Assembly: GCA_040954595.2 (NCBI GenBank)
Contig: CM082577.2
Location: 6,374,301-6,438,300, forward strand
Length of the DNA stretch: 64,000 nucleotides
Origin: Balanoglossus misakiensis
Lineage: Eukaryota; Animalia; Hemichordata
Direction: 5' to 3'
Made by a program: the position numbers and the translations under genes. A model generated the notes under the pieces. The model did no database searches. It was not told the DNA's origin and was given only the letters and a program-made list of their open reading frames with translations. Position 1 is the first letter of the stretch. Every line of letters begins with the position of its first letter. Positions 24,901-38,100 of the stretch are shown in pieces.

Positions 24901-27900
24901 TTGCTGCAGCATGTCCTGGAATCGAGCCATGCGCTGCTGCAGGCGTTGCGCCCTCACTGGGTCGTTCTCATCCACTTCAAAGGCTTTGTTTTCTCTGTTT
25001 AGAAAAGGGGTGTACAATTTGTTTGTTAAAATGCAAGGTTAAGCCTGGTGTGACATGACTGCACAGTTTGGATACTGGAGGGTGTACTGCCTAGGTTTAA
25101 TATTCTCCTCTTTACAAATGAAATAATCAAAATTTCTGTAGGCAACGAGGTCTGGTAATGCATTGAATTTTGCATCCAAACACGGGGAAACGCCTACAAT
25201 TTTACTGTTCCTGCATAGAATAATGAAGAAGGGCAGTACCAAAGCCCAATTCATTCAAGTGTGATGCAGGGTAAAGGAAATTGGACCTTTCAGGGCTGTA
25301 TAACTTTGTATTTGTGTTTGGAAAATGAACATGTTTACGTTATAGAGAAAAAAGTATATATAGAAAACAGATTTACTCAGTAGATGTGTTATATCATACA
25401 TCTCCCCAGAAATAATCACTGGATACTACTGACTATAGCGAGACCACTCTACAGACCTGTTGTTACGTCCTTTATTGCGCCTGTTGGCCTTGGCTGACCC
25501 TCGACCGCGGCGTTTGCCACGCCGGAATTGTGGAGAGGGTGTCCTAGTTCTTGGCACGTCTCTACTGCTTGAGCTATCACTGCTGCTGCCACTGAAATGG
25601 AGAAAGAACCAGGCTACTTGAGAGCGCTGCAGTCTAGTATGAATGTTTCCACACTGGAGGCTGATACACACAAGGCTGTACTCTCATACTGGGCTCTGTG
25701 ACACGCTCAAAAGGGTTGAAGTTATGGGTGAACCTAGGTATTTGTATGGACCATGGCATAAAACAAATCATGTACGTACAAAACTTAGAAATATAGATAT
25801 ATCGCAAAAGCGATACGTACCTGTACCTCCGACGTCGAGGATAGCGTGAATAGGGCGATCGCGATCTGCTCCTGGACCTGCTTCGTGACCGACTTCTGCT
25901 CCAGCTTCGCGACCGGCTGCGACTTCTGCGGCCGCGTCCCCGTCCGAACCCCCTGCCTGACCGGCCCCTGGGTCCTCCTCCCCTCTGGAACCGGCCTGGC
26001 CTGGTTCGCAGATGCATCGGGGAATCCCTGCCGGCCGTCGATGGTAGGCCCTGTTCGGCCATGGCTTCCCACCGCGACTGGCGCTTCTGCTGGTCTTGGT
26101 TCTTCGGCTGGTCGCCAAGTGATCTGGAATACAACGAACTGGGACACCATGAACACTTTTTGTTGTCAGATGCCGAAACCAGTGATGTCTAAAAAACTCT
26201 CAAATTCAGACTGTTTGGAAACAGGAGACACTTAGCACCACTAATAGACTTACCCAGGTAAGCTTTCTGTGCTCCAATCTTTGGTCCAGGCTGTTCCATC
26301 ATTGAAGGCACGTGTCAAGGTCCCCTTCAACATGATTTCCACCCTGTCTTTGTCCACTTCACTTTCACATTTCGCAAAAGCACGCTGCACGAAGTCCCTG
26401 CAAATAATTGAAACAATTCATAGAAGGTTAATCCCAGAAACACATGATAATTAAACAATCAGCAAAACAACAAGTCAGTTAATCAGTGACAGTTCCCATG
26501 TATCTACAGCGAGATCAGAGACTACAAGAGAGTTTGTGAGCCTTCGTAAGAAATGATGACTGTTTAAGAAAGCATTAATTTACAAATTGGTTGAAACAGA
26601 TATCACTGTGGGATCATTTCATGGAACTTACTTCAGACTTCCTGGCCAATCATCAGTTGACGCCGGTTGACGAGGGAAGCTGTAAGAAAAAAGTAGCAAA
26701 TTACACAGTGGTATTGTAAAAGCATTTCAAAACATCAAAAAAAATAGCGTCAAGGACACTGTGGTCCCATTTGAGGATTATGCGGAAACAGTGACACACC
26801 AGAATAAAAATTACAGGTGACATTGCAAGCAGATCTGCAAGCAGCAATATCGGGCCCAAGCCAACGTAGCACATAGCAATATAGCAATAAGCATATATCT
26901 GCTCTGGATGCCAAGATATGGAAAAGTATGTCAAAGGTCACCTGAGATTATGCAAAATTTGGGCAAGAAATTTTGACCCTATACTGGTCCATGTTCAACA
27001 AAAACCAAACCTATAGCCCTATTGGTTAGCCTGGAATTAGGTATGCACATAATAAATGAGATATGCAGGTGTCACAGATGACCCCAAATTTTGGCTTTTC
27101 AATTTTAGTCCCAACCCTCCATGCCAAGTCTGTACCTGCTCTGGATGCCAAGATATGATAAAGTAAGTCAAAGGTCACCTGAGGTCATGCAAAATTTGGG
27201 CAAGAAATTTTGACCCTATACTGGTCCAGGTTCAACAAAAACCAAACCTATAGCCCTATTGGTTAGCCTGGAATTAGGTATGCACATAATTAATGAGATA
27301 TGCAGGTGTCACAGGTGACCCCCAATTTTGGCTTTTCAATTTTAGTCCCAACCTTCCAAACGCCAAGTCTGTACCTGCTCTGGATGCCAAGATATGATAA
27401 GTAGGTCAAAGGTCACCTGAGGTCATGCAAAATTTGGGCAAGAAATTTTGACCCTATACTGGTCCATGTTCAACAAAAACCAAACCTATAGCCCTATTGG
27501 TTAGCTTGGAATTAGGTATGCACATAATTAATGAGATATGCAGGTGTCACAGGTGATCCCCCAATTTTGGCTTTTCAATTTTAGTCCCAACCCTCCGAAC
27601 GCCAAGTCTGTACCTGCTCTGGATGCCAAGAAATGGTAAAGTAGGTCAAAGGTCACCTGAAGTCATGCAAAATTTGGGCAAGAAATTTTGACCCTATACT
27701 GGTCCATGTTCAACAAAAACCAAACCTATAGCCCTATTGGTTAGCCTGGAATTAGGTATGCACATAATAAATGAGATATGCAGGTGTCACAGGTGACCAA
27801 TATTTTGGCTTTTCAATTTTAGTCCCAACCCTCCAAACGCCAAGTCTGTACCTGCTCTGGATGCCGAGATATAGGAAAGTAGGTCAAAGGTCACCTGAGG

Positions 27901-30403
27901 TCACCCAAAATTTGGGCAAGAAATTTTGACCCTATACTGGTCCATGTCCCACAAGAACGAAACCTCTAGCCCTATTAGTTAGCCCGGAATTAGGTATGCA
28001 CATAATTAATGTGTTAAGCAGGTGTTACAGGTGAGCCCAAAATTTTGCCTTTTATTTTGGCCCCATTGTGCTCACTGACCAATAGACAGTCACTGTACAG
28101 GACTATTGCACAGACCAGAATTCCACAATAAGACGTGGACATAGCTTAACCATAGAGGTATAAGTAAAGGTATAAATTTAATAAAAAGACTAAAAAATTC
28201 ATAAAAAATAAAACATCCATGATATTAACTTAACACTTACAGGTCGATGTGAGGTTGACATAAGGTACATGCATACCAATTTTGAAAGCAATCTGACGAG
28301 TAGTTGTTGACTTTCAGAGTTTTGATAAATTTCACATTTTTCCAGCTAATTTGCATATTTTTGGGCCTGGCAACTTCGTTTGGACAAACTCCCATCTACA
28401 GCCCAGCCTGCACCTACACACCAAATATTGAGGTGATACGCGCAGCGGTTTTCAAGTTTTTGATGTGGACGGACATACAGACATACATCCATCCATCCAT
28501 CCATACATCCATACATACATACAGACGCAACTGATCCCATAAGGTCCCATGGTATATATGCCTATACCAATGGGACCTAATAATATACTCTCATAAAAGT
28601 TTTTAACCACAGAGGTTTATGGCTCCTACACAAGATATCTAGAGTACTAGTGTTTGAAATTGACACTTCATTCCCTTGTTGCATGCCCTGATCCATGCCT
28701 GTTCATTTTCAGATCCTGGTACAAGAATGTGGGATAGTTTACCCTTCTGCCTGCTGTCCCTGCTGTTGTTCACTTCCTGCCATTCCAGGTGTTTTCACAC
28801 TGCTTTCATAGTCACCATCTTGCTCTCTCAGCTCACTTGCAGTGTTTGTCCTTGGAGAAGGCTTACTGGCAAGGTTGAAACGTATGCCACCGGCTCCCGG
28901 AGCTTCTGAAATTGCAGAGAAAGTTCTTTGGGGTCAAATATCATTGATTTTCAATACATTTGCAGGATGAAATAATGGGGTAACACTTTTTTCTAGGTTA
29001 ACTGAACTGGACTACCTGATTGCTACTCAAGTATGTAACACTAGAGGCACTGTTAATATCCATTTTATGGAGTTACAGATCATCAGCGCCACACAAGATC
29101 ACAAACAAGAAGACTAGAAAAAAAATCTTACGTTTGGCATGATTTTGCTGCTGCTGTCTCCCCTGGTTCCAATTATTGTTTTGGTTTCTGCCTTTCACTT
29201 TTTCAGCATACGAAGGCTTCTTCTCAGAATTACCACTATGTTGTTGTTGCTGCTGTTGGTGTTGTCCTGGTTGTTGCCACTGTTGTTGTTGTTGCTGCTG
29301 GTTCGACGAGGGTTGCATGTAACTCCCTTGCATACCCTGATACTGAGGCATCATATTCTGAAGAGATACCAAGATAACAACAGTTGTATCATAGCTAAAC
29401 CACTATTGTTGTTGATTTATGGGATTTTAGAAAGCAATACACTGTAAATGTCAGTGTGATTGGTAGTGCCCTTTTCTATGTAGTTTCCTACATTCTGCTC
29501 GGAAAACAGCCAGTATCTGAATCGGTTTGTAACATATTCCTGGTTGTAATTCATAATAGAGATGACCATAAAGAACTTACCCCTGGCTGTTGTGGATATC
29601 CCTGAGGCTGATAGTAAGGAAAGTTTCCGGGCATTTGATAGGGACTATATCCATGATATGGTGCTGGTGGCATCATCCCAACTTGCTGGTAATAGTTCGC
29701 TGTAAGTAAAGGAAATAACATATGAAAATCACCACACAATATGTCACATTGTATGTCAAGCTGGCAAACACACCATCGCAAGTGCCATTTAGTAGTTACA
29801 CTAATGCATAAAACTTTGCAATTTGGGAAAGCAATAAGAATGACACTCACCATACACAGACTGTTGCTGTTGTTGTTGCTGCTGTTGTTGTTGTTGTTGT
29901 TGTTGTTGTTGACTTCCAGCTGGAGTGTTCTTCTTAGACGCAAGCTGCGTCTTCTCCAGTTCTTTCCTTGCTCTTTCCCAAGCGGGATTTTCACTGGGAG
30001 TTGGAGTGGGAGTGCTTGAATCCATTTTTGCTGTGCCTGTTTCCCCTTCTGTCGTGGAGGACGGCGTGAAATTACCATTATACTGTTGGCTCCTGCAAGT
30101 TTTGGAAGATGAGATACTTCAAGTTATTTTCCAGGGGAAATCGCATACAACTTGGTCGTGACAAACCGAGCGCGTTTTGTTTGCACAGCACGACGAAATT
30201 TTGTCAACATGAGTTGGGTTAGATCTTCTCGTTTTCTCCTCAATATACGCAACAAAATTCCACTTTTAACCAACCCACAAGGTACTTCAAGTACTAAAGC
30301 TATAAGATTGCCTAAAATATAATGGAAAAAGAGGTGAAGTACGCGACAAATCTTACCATTGTGCGGCCTGAGCCGCTTGGTTTCCAATCCATGGTGCGGC
30401 CAT
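21943..30403 (-). CDS. LENG8: LENG8 (SAC3/GANP/THP3-family PCI-domain protein), 16 coding exons, ~785 aa
   Basis: Exons 30403-30357, 30092-29851, 29699-29581, 29357-29132, 28905-28743, 26679-26632, 26397-26254, 26123-25821, 25591-25457, 24994-24853, 24506-24417, 24186-24052, 23632-23564, 23416-23287, 23167-22960, 22099-21943, all in phase. Motifs: [32 protein letters not shown], an RS-rich tract, [88 protein letters not shown]. Confidence 0.95.
23797..23940 (-). ncRNA. Box H/ACA snoRNA-like RNA, copy 1 (LENG8 intron 12)
   Basis: Sense to host: hairpin CCTGCAT...ATGCAGG, H box ATAGTA, hairpin GTAGGC...GCCTAC, ACA/AGA tail. ~140 nt, with three highly similar intronic copies. Confidence 0.75.
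24585..24727 (-). ncRNA. Box H/ACA snoRNA-like RNA, copy 2 (LENG8 intron 10)
   Basis: Same two-hairpin layout; H box AGAGTA. Confidence 0.75.
25132..25272 (-). ncRNA. Box H/ACA snoRNA-like RNA, copy 3 (LENG8 intron 9)
   Basis: Same two-hairpin layout; H box ACAGTA. Similarity to the other copies stops at about the predicted RNA ends. Confidence 0.75.
26833..28582 (+). mobile_element. Helentron-associated (HINE/DINE-1-like) non-autonomous element with ~5 copies of a ~239-bp tandem repeat, in LENG8 intron 5
   Basis: 5' end ctgcaagcagcaatatcgggcccaagc. Repeat marker aaggtcacctga at ~26935, 27171, 27410, 27650, 27888. (CATC/CATA)n microsatellite at ~28480-28522. Terminal hairpin aggtcccatggtata...tataccaatgggacct. 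Confidence 0.7.
29861..29910 (-). repeat. Coding (CAA/CAG)n polyglutamine tract in LENG8 exon 2
   Basis: ctgttgctgttgttgttgctgctgttgttg... on the + strand; encodes about 17 Gln. Confidence 0.9.
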
Positions 30404-30545
30404 CTTTATGTTCTATGAGAAAATGGCCTTACGTCACGTGACGTCACACAGACTGGATCCTGACCCATTCCTAACGCTGGCTGCGCTGTGCCTGTTCGTT
30501 CCGCGGCACGGCACTCGCACGCTGACGTATGACGCGTCATCTTTT
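30404..30545. promoter_or_regulatory. LENG8 proximal promoter with CRE/E-box and YY1-like motifs
   Basis: ACGTCACGTGACGTCA at 30431-30446 (overlapping CACGTG and TGACGTCA). More TGACG half-sites at ~30523-30540. AAGATGGCCG overlaps the start codon. Confidence 0.5.
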
Positions 30546-32128
30546 TGATTAAAACAGATGTGATACTTGTAATCCACTTGCAAAATTCTTGCATTTTGTT
30601 TCCTTTATTTGTACCTATTATAAGTTTCCATTACAGGGAAAAACGTACAAACGAAGGTTTACATTGCTATACAAGGTTAGACATATACTAGTATTCAGTA
30701 TAAAACAAGCCCAATTCAACTGCATACATTTTGCTGTCAATATCTACATGAGATCAAGTACTATACACTGTATAAACAACGTCAAAAATCTGTTTAGGAA
30801 CTGCACCAATAAAATATTGCAGGATTTCTGGTTAAAAAGTAAAATTCACGTGTCATCAAGCTACTAGTTACAAGCTTCGAAAGTGGGGACGCTGTCGTTT
30901 ATTATGGCGATAAAAAATGTATATTTTAACTTGTCGGGACAGAGATTCATTGTTTTTTTAAGGTAACTTCAAAGTTTGTTTTTCTTTCAGCTATTGATTT
31001 ATTACGAATCACGATATAAGACTTATTAATTTACAATTTCTCGGACCGTACGTCCCCACACTGGAGCTGCGCCTAGTAATACCATGTAGACCGTCAGAGG
31101 GCGCGTAAGGACATGCACGTATATCATGTATATGGTCCTCTATTTAGCTAGGTAATGTCCTTTGACGTAAAAATTGGGAGGGGCGCAATTCTATCACATG
31201 TACTCCCACCGGGACTTCCAGTAGTACCACTTCTTCTTTTTCAATCCCTGGTTCTTTGACTAGTTTTATTGCGGAAGCCTTTGTATTTCATCAAAATCAT
31301 TGCAAGTTAATCCATTCGCCTTTAGATGAAACTGATAATAATAATAATAATAATCTTTATTTCAGGCTCGTAGCCCATAAAAAAAAACAGCAAGAGAAGT
31401 AAAAAACAAGAACACACACATTAAAATCTGTAGAAAAAATAATACTTATGATAGAGATGGTGTGTAGACGGGTATGGTGGACGGACCAAAGAGCTACCGC
31501 AGTTGGCTTTTTTGTGGGTTTTTTTTAGCGAAGTGAAACCAGGGCTAGTCTAGTCCCTTGCCTCATTTCTACCCCTGATAATACTGCGTAACTAGACTGA
31601 TAAAAGGCCAATACATCATTACATGTACATTAAAATGATGGTTTTTCATACCGAAATAAGTTTTAGGACATGAAATTATGTCGCTCGAGAATATAACTTA
31701 GATTCACGATGTTGTGCAGGCGTTAATCTCTCTTTATTGCAGCGATTGCCATAAAGGTTTATGCGATATTGAAAATAATTGTCTTTGAATGCCAGGATGT
31801 TGTGTGAGTACTTCAACTTTATCGCGATGTCTCATCAGCGGAGTTTGTGTCTGCTGGGATTTATCCCCCCCCCCCCACCCATAAAACTAATGATACGTCC
31901 CTAAAGTTCCAAAGTTCAATGAAATATATCCAATGCTGAATTGAATTGAATGACCTCAACGCCTCCCAGTGCACGCTGCCAAAGTGTTCGCCGTATTTGT
32001 CCGATTTCAAAAAAACACAGACACACCCTACGCAGGTGAAATCGGGCGACGAAAGCGACTGTACCGTTACGTGGAAATTTTGCTATGTTCCAGGGCTGAT
32101 TAATAACATCCAGTGGGACTGAAACGCG

Positions 32129-35100
32129 ATGACGAGCCGGTTTCACCAAGCGGCCAAAGACGGCTACTTAGACCTGTTGCGTGAGGCGACCAAAAAAGAT
32201 TGCAATCGCCCGGACGAAGATGGCCGAACCCCGACCATGTACGCCGCATATGCCGGCAACGCTGACGCCCTTCGGTTGATAGTCAGCCGCGGGTAAGTCT
32301 CGCGTAGTTTACCTAAATAAATTTACGGGTTTGATTTGAGGTTCAAAAATCGTTGTTGACTGATATTGCTTTAGCCTAACAACGTCAACTATAATCACAA
32401 TGCATGGTTACAAATCATTGAACTTGCATCTAGGTCACCGGGCAATCATGTGAGTCTTCATGGAATTTAGAAAAGAAAGTGACAGTAACAGTAAAATATA
32501 TAGTTGACACGTAAACTGGCCAAGATCGAGTTGTTGAGATACCAAACAGCTTTGTGCAAACAATAAGCCCACTCTTTGAAATGAAATACTTAGTTACGCA
32601 ACAGTTGACATTACTTGCTTGATGTTGATATTTGCGATATTGAATAACGTTACAGTACACGAAAGTGTCAAACGTATGTTAATTAATAGCGCGATTGTCA
32701 CCACAGCACTTAATTAAAATTTCACAATTAACTACACTTTAATTTTTGTATGAATATACAGGCACCTAAACAAAAGACCAAGGGCATTATATTTTTTTAA
32801 ATTATTTTGTTTATATATATTTTATTTTCAACCACAATATAATCACTTGAATTGAAACTAGGGCAGTGAGGATGTCGCTCACTTTAACTTCAATATTATT
32901 CCTGGTATTTACAGGTAAACTTGACACTTGATGGAGCATAGTGACAAAAGTATGTTTGTTGTTTTTTTAATAGTCAGGCAACAGATTCCTCACCTCTTGT
33001 CAGCTACCAAGTCAGTAGCTGTGTATGGAATTGTGTTATCCTTTTTTCTGATAGATATTAGCAGTGTACGAAATAAAGCCTGTCCGACAGTCCGAGACTG
33101 GTTGTTTTTCTGTAGGACTGGTAAAAATAAAATGTTACCAGTCCGACAGACAGGTTGATTTTAGCGTGGAAGTTGATCAGTGGTATCATGGTATCTTTTA
33201 GACTTTCCCCAGTTCATGTATTGCAAATAAAAGAAACAATGATCTAAGTAATGTAAAGAGAAACTGAAAGATGATTCCATCCCATCTTCAATTGTTCAAA
33301 GATGAGGTAATACCTTCTCAGTTGTATTTGATTACATTTAATTGTAAGGTATAATATCAGGACTGGTAAGTTTTTGGCAGGACTGGCAACTTTTTGAAGT
33401 TGCCAGTCCTGGTGACTGGTTGATATTTCCTACGAATTTCGAACACTGATATTAGTTTGTGATGAACAAGTACCCAGGTAAAATTAGGGCCTATCAGGAC
33501 ATTCTAACTGTCTGTTAATAACAGTTACACTGGCCTGTAATCTATACTCACACAGTGTTTGTCACAGTAATTGTTATGTTAATTAAGTTCTATTGTTTTG
33601 CCCAAATTAAAGAGTAGTCGCCAGCTCTGGTGAGAACACTTTTTGTATTCATGTTGCAATATTATTTCCAATTGTTAACCCCCTTTGGACCTAAACCACT
33701 GAAGGGGTAAATTTGGGTATATTTACTAGAAAGTGGGGTCTGAGGTTGTTAATTCAGCTAGTGTTCACTTGAAGAGATATATAAGATATATTTTGACGCT
33801 TCAGTGTTTAATATTAATTTTAAATGTAGATCACTATTATAATACCCATGACTGGTTTAAATAAACACAAAAGTCAGAAAAAATTCAAAGCGATTTTTGA
33901 GCCTGCATGAGAATAAAAATGTAAAAAAAAACATCTCTATGTACAGCCAGGGGGAGGGGAGAGTAATACAGGTCAGGGCAGGTCGTTTATCTGACATACA
34001 TCTAGAGCATAAAAGACTATATCATCAATCATCTGATAATTGTCAATTCTTTCTAAATGGGAAAGCCAATTTCACACAAGAGATTGGAGAGTGTAAAGGG
34101 TCACTGACTGAATTTGCATGTAGGAACTAAATGAAATTTATTTGTCAGTGCTAATGCTATTTCCATGAACAACAGACTAAAGTATAATTTGGTGTTACTG
34201 TAACCTGTTATTTTTTTATATAACCCAGATTTGAATTGTGTATCCAGTGTTACAGAATTTGAAAGTAGGGCTAACTTTTCATCGGGTTTCTTATGAAATA
34301 TAGTGACAAAAAATCACACAATATACCAACTCCACGCATAAAATGTTCCATATTACAGAATAGAGATTCAGGACTGACTCAGTTTTACCGAGTGTAAATT
34401 ATGAATAAATTGCTTTGGTTTGAGCTCATTGCTTCTAGTTCCAACTTCTTTTGATAAGTTTGAAGAATTACATCTTCATAGTGGTTCTGGAGTTGTGGAA
34501 TGAGTCATAACTGTATAGTGGACAGAGTAAACAGACAGTACCACCCTACAATTATTATTAAGATTATTTGACCCATGAAGTGATCATATTCATCTGTGGA
34601 GTGACTTAAGCATCCCAGTACAAAAAGAAGGGTTGTGTGTTGCCGGTGTCCACCTTTCAAGTATACACAACACCCCAACCTCATAAAGAATTAACACCAG
34701 CACTTAAACTATCACAGCCATAAGCGGACAACCGGTAGACGATCGCAGTAGTCCCAGAAGTTTGTTGTGAAGCAGACAGTATTGTGATGTTACCGCCTCT
34801 CGGAGGAATTCTTTCGTCGGTTCGACTCCAAAAGTGCTATTGTCATTGTAACCTTCACGTATTAAAAAGCTGACACTAAGAGTCAACCTTGGCACGGCCA
34901 TTCCACAACACTGGAAACCACACACAATCCAGAAGGTGGGCCGATATCTATCCACCACGCAAATATGTAGTCTGCTCATTGTAGTGGAATTCAAGGGCAC
35001 CCCGCCCAGCGGCGCTGAATGGAACGGTGGTACAAGGTGACAGTTTTCTTTCAAGAGGCATACTGTCATTATTGTCTTGTTGTAACTGGTGGACGGACGT

Positions 35101-38100
35101 CACTCGACTGCCCCCAAAATTGTCAGTCAGTGTAAACAGAGAAATGACATCATGCTTGTAAAGATAAACCAGAAAATGCCCTCAGACTCAGTAGCGTTGT
35201 TTGCAAGGACATAATAAATGTTGGTTAATTTTTTAATGGCATTTTTAAAGTATTTTCAAGTGTACGCCTATTTAAATAATTGATCCCAAAACGCTGTGTT
35301 TTTTCATGCATGTCAATCTCAGAAGACCATGACGTGTTTCAACGAATGTGATATGTCGAAGGTGGAATGCATTCTGTACAATGGTGACTTTAAAATGTCG
35401 AAGAAACACTGGGTCCCTTTATTCTTCTGGGGTCAGAAGTCAGTTTAGAGAGAGTGACACGATTTAGAATTAGGAAGTGCAGACCCTCTTTACAGGTTTT
35501 CTTGTGACTGTGACAAGTACGTTATTGTGTGAAGATGGCAAGCCATTGTTTGCTGAAATAAGAAATATCTGAGGTCTGCTAGCTGCCTGCCCTTTCTGAT
35601 CACTTTGTTTTTTGAGAAGGTTTCTGAGTAGTTCTTGCATACCGTGTCAGATACTCGAAAATCATTATTGTCAGTGGAAATACCATGTGTACCTCGAAAC
35701 CGATATACGTTGCTGTCCTAAGGATTTTGAAGCTTTTTTCACACACCTGTTCACTGGTCAAAATGTTAATAAACTGCCAAACATATACTGATGTTCATGA
35801 TTTTCTAATTTTTTGATGAGTATACCAGATTGTTCAGACCACAATACATAAGTAATGTTCGTCAAATGGCTGACGAAAATTTCACAATTGGATTGAGTTT
35901 GGACGTTACAAAAGCTGGGGGTCAGTATGTCCCGAGGCTGTTTTTTCATGCTCATACTTGCATGGCCACTTTTAATGGTGGTCTTATTTCACGGTGTCTG
36001 GTTTAGCCCCAGTGTTGTCGCGGCTGCATGTCCACTTCGAGAGGTTGAACGGCCCGATTTCAGCATAAAATCATAGAATTTGGAGGTGGGGGGGGGGGGG
36101 GGGGGAGAGTGCTTTGAGGCTTTGCAAAGCAATTTTTTGCTGTTTATGTGGAAGCAGCTAGGCCTAAAATTATAGGCAGAAAGACATCAACATTTTCTTG
36201 GAGAGACTGCGCTGAAAGAAGTTTTACGCCTCGGAAAACAAATGGTGCTGAACAGATGTGGATTTTGAAAAGTGGTGAATGATGGATGGCTTGACTGTCT
36301 CTATGGTAACGGGGATTTTAGAGCTGAGTGAAAGTGTCAGATCGTGACATAGCCACCATAATAACATGCTAGAAATGAATGTCAAATTGTGTTTGCATTT
36401 AATGATTTTCAGAGTTTTTATTAAGGTTGTGAATCAACAGGTGGTTGCAGTGTAAACATTCATTTGCTTTCTGTTGAAATGCCCATGTACATGTAGGTGG
36501 CATTATCCACTCAATAGTTAATTGCGAGTCTTTCATCTTTACTGGGACCCGCAAATTGGTCCACCCCTATCAAGAATTTTTAATAAATTATATATAAACG
36601 ACATCATGTTGATTGTCTTCTTGGCACGGTGCAACTGTGTGGCGTCCACGCTGACTTTGTCCAAGGTTTATAGTTGCAGGTCCTTATGTAACGCCTGTTA
36701 GAGAACCAATATACTACTGACAATGAATGCCAGACATCATGCCAACAAAATATGTCAATATTTTCGCAGGTAAACATTGGCATAGGCAAAGTCTGACATG
36801 AAGTATGTGGCTGTAAGGGGTTGCTTGTATAAGACAGTTACCTAGCTAGGTACAAGGAGAGTGGATCGATACCTACAATATTATATGTACATGCTGGGGA
36901 AACTCCCGCATTTTGAAATTCCACAGTTATAAGTGCACTTGAATTTTATCATCGCTCATTTGGCATATGTATAAATACTAGTGAGATTTGACCTTGGATT
37001 TATGAGCAAGCTTATGGGATTAGTTGGCATGTTTCTGTCTGTCTGTCTGTCTGTGTATGTATGTATGTATGTATGTATGTATGTATGTATGTATGTATGA
37101 CATAGATTTGTAATGTCATCAAACTGCTTTATCTGAATGCTTTGAAATATGGAATGAGGTAAAAAATAACAATGATTGTTTTTTTGAGTGCATTTTATCA
37201 TTTTGGGTCAAATCAATTTTCCAGGAACTTCATATCATATTTCTTTGAACTTTGATTTGTGGAATATCCAAGTATTGTTCTCTGTCAGATTTATAGATTT
37301 GTTATCTCATACATTATGTACCCAGGTGGAGTGATTGGTCGGTATAAGAGCTGGGAAAATACCAATAAAGTACATGGCACACATGAGTATCCAAATGGGA
37401 GCACAGTGCCCATGACACTATACTTGCTGTTCTTCAAGGTTGACTTGCATTTGACTTGTTAGAGATTGCAGTATTCCAAAAATGTCTGCGCGGGCACTAC
37501 AAGTCACAGGCCAAGGGGGCAGTTCAGATAACCTGTGTGGGTAAATAACTCCCTGGTAGCCTATTACAGATTACAATCAGCAACTGCAGGTACCATTAGA
37601 AGGTAATGTCATCGGTGGTATGTGGCTGCCAGGTACGTTACAGGGTTAGAACCTTCCAGAAACTGCATGTAGGAATAAAACTGTGAAAATGTCTGTCCAA
37701 ACTTTATGGATCAAATCAGTTTTGCAACAATAGAATTCCTTAACAGCCCTGATTATGTATGTTACAAAGTGCATGTTTGACTACCTTAAAACACTTCTGT
37801 GTCCAACAGAAACAAATTCTGATGTAAAAAGAGTCTCTCTCATGGCTTTCAAATGTGTTTTGCAACGAATTACAGGGTCCACCATTTCGCGTTAAATTCA
37901 CTTCAGGCTTTAGGGTACTATCGATTGCCATGGTAACTCATATTCTACTGGGCAAGTTGCCTGCATTGTACCTCAAAGCACGGATGGATTTTCAGTTGTT
38001 GCAGACTGCTTGGGCATATAGTCTCATCTTAAGGTAACAGTGTGGGATACAGATTAGTTTTTTAACAGAATTCCAATGATGACCTGTAAATTTGGTCAAC

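Noticed and set aside
25643-26235. Several overlapping ORFs on both strands
   Set aside because: Alternative-frame shadows of the GC-rich RG/RS exon of LENG8.
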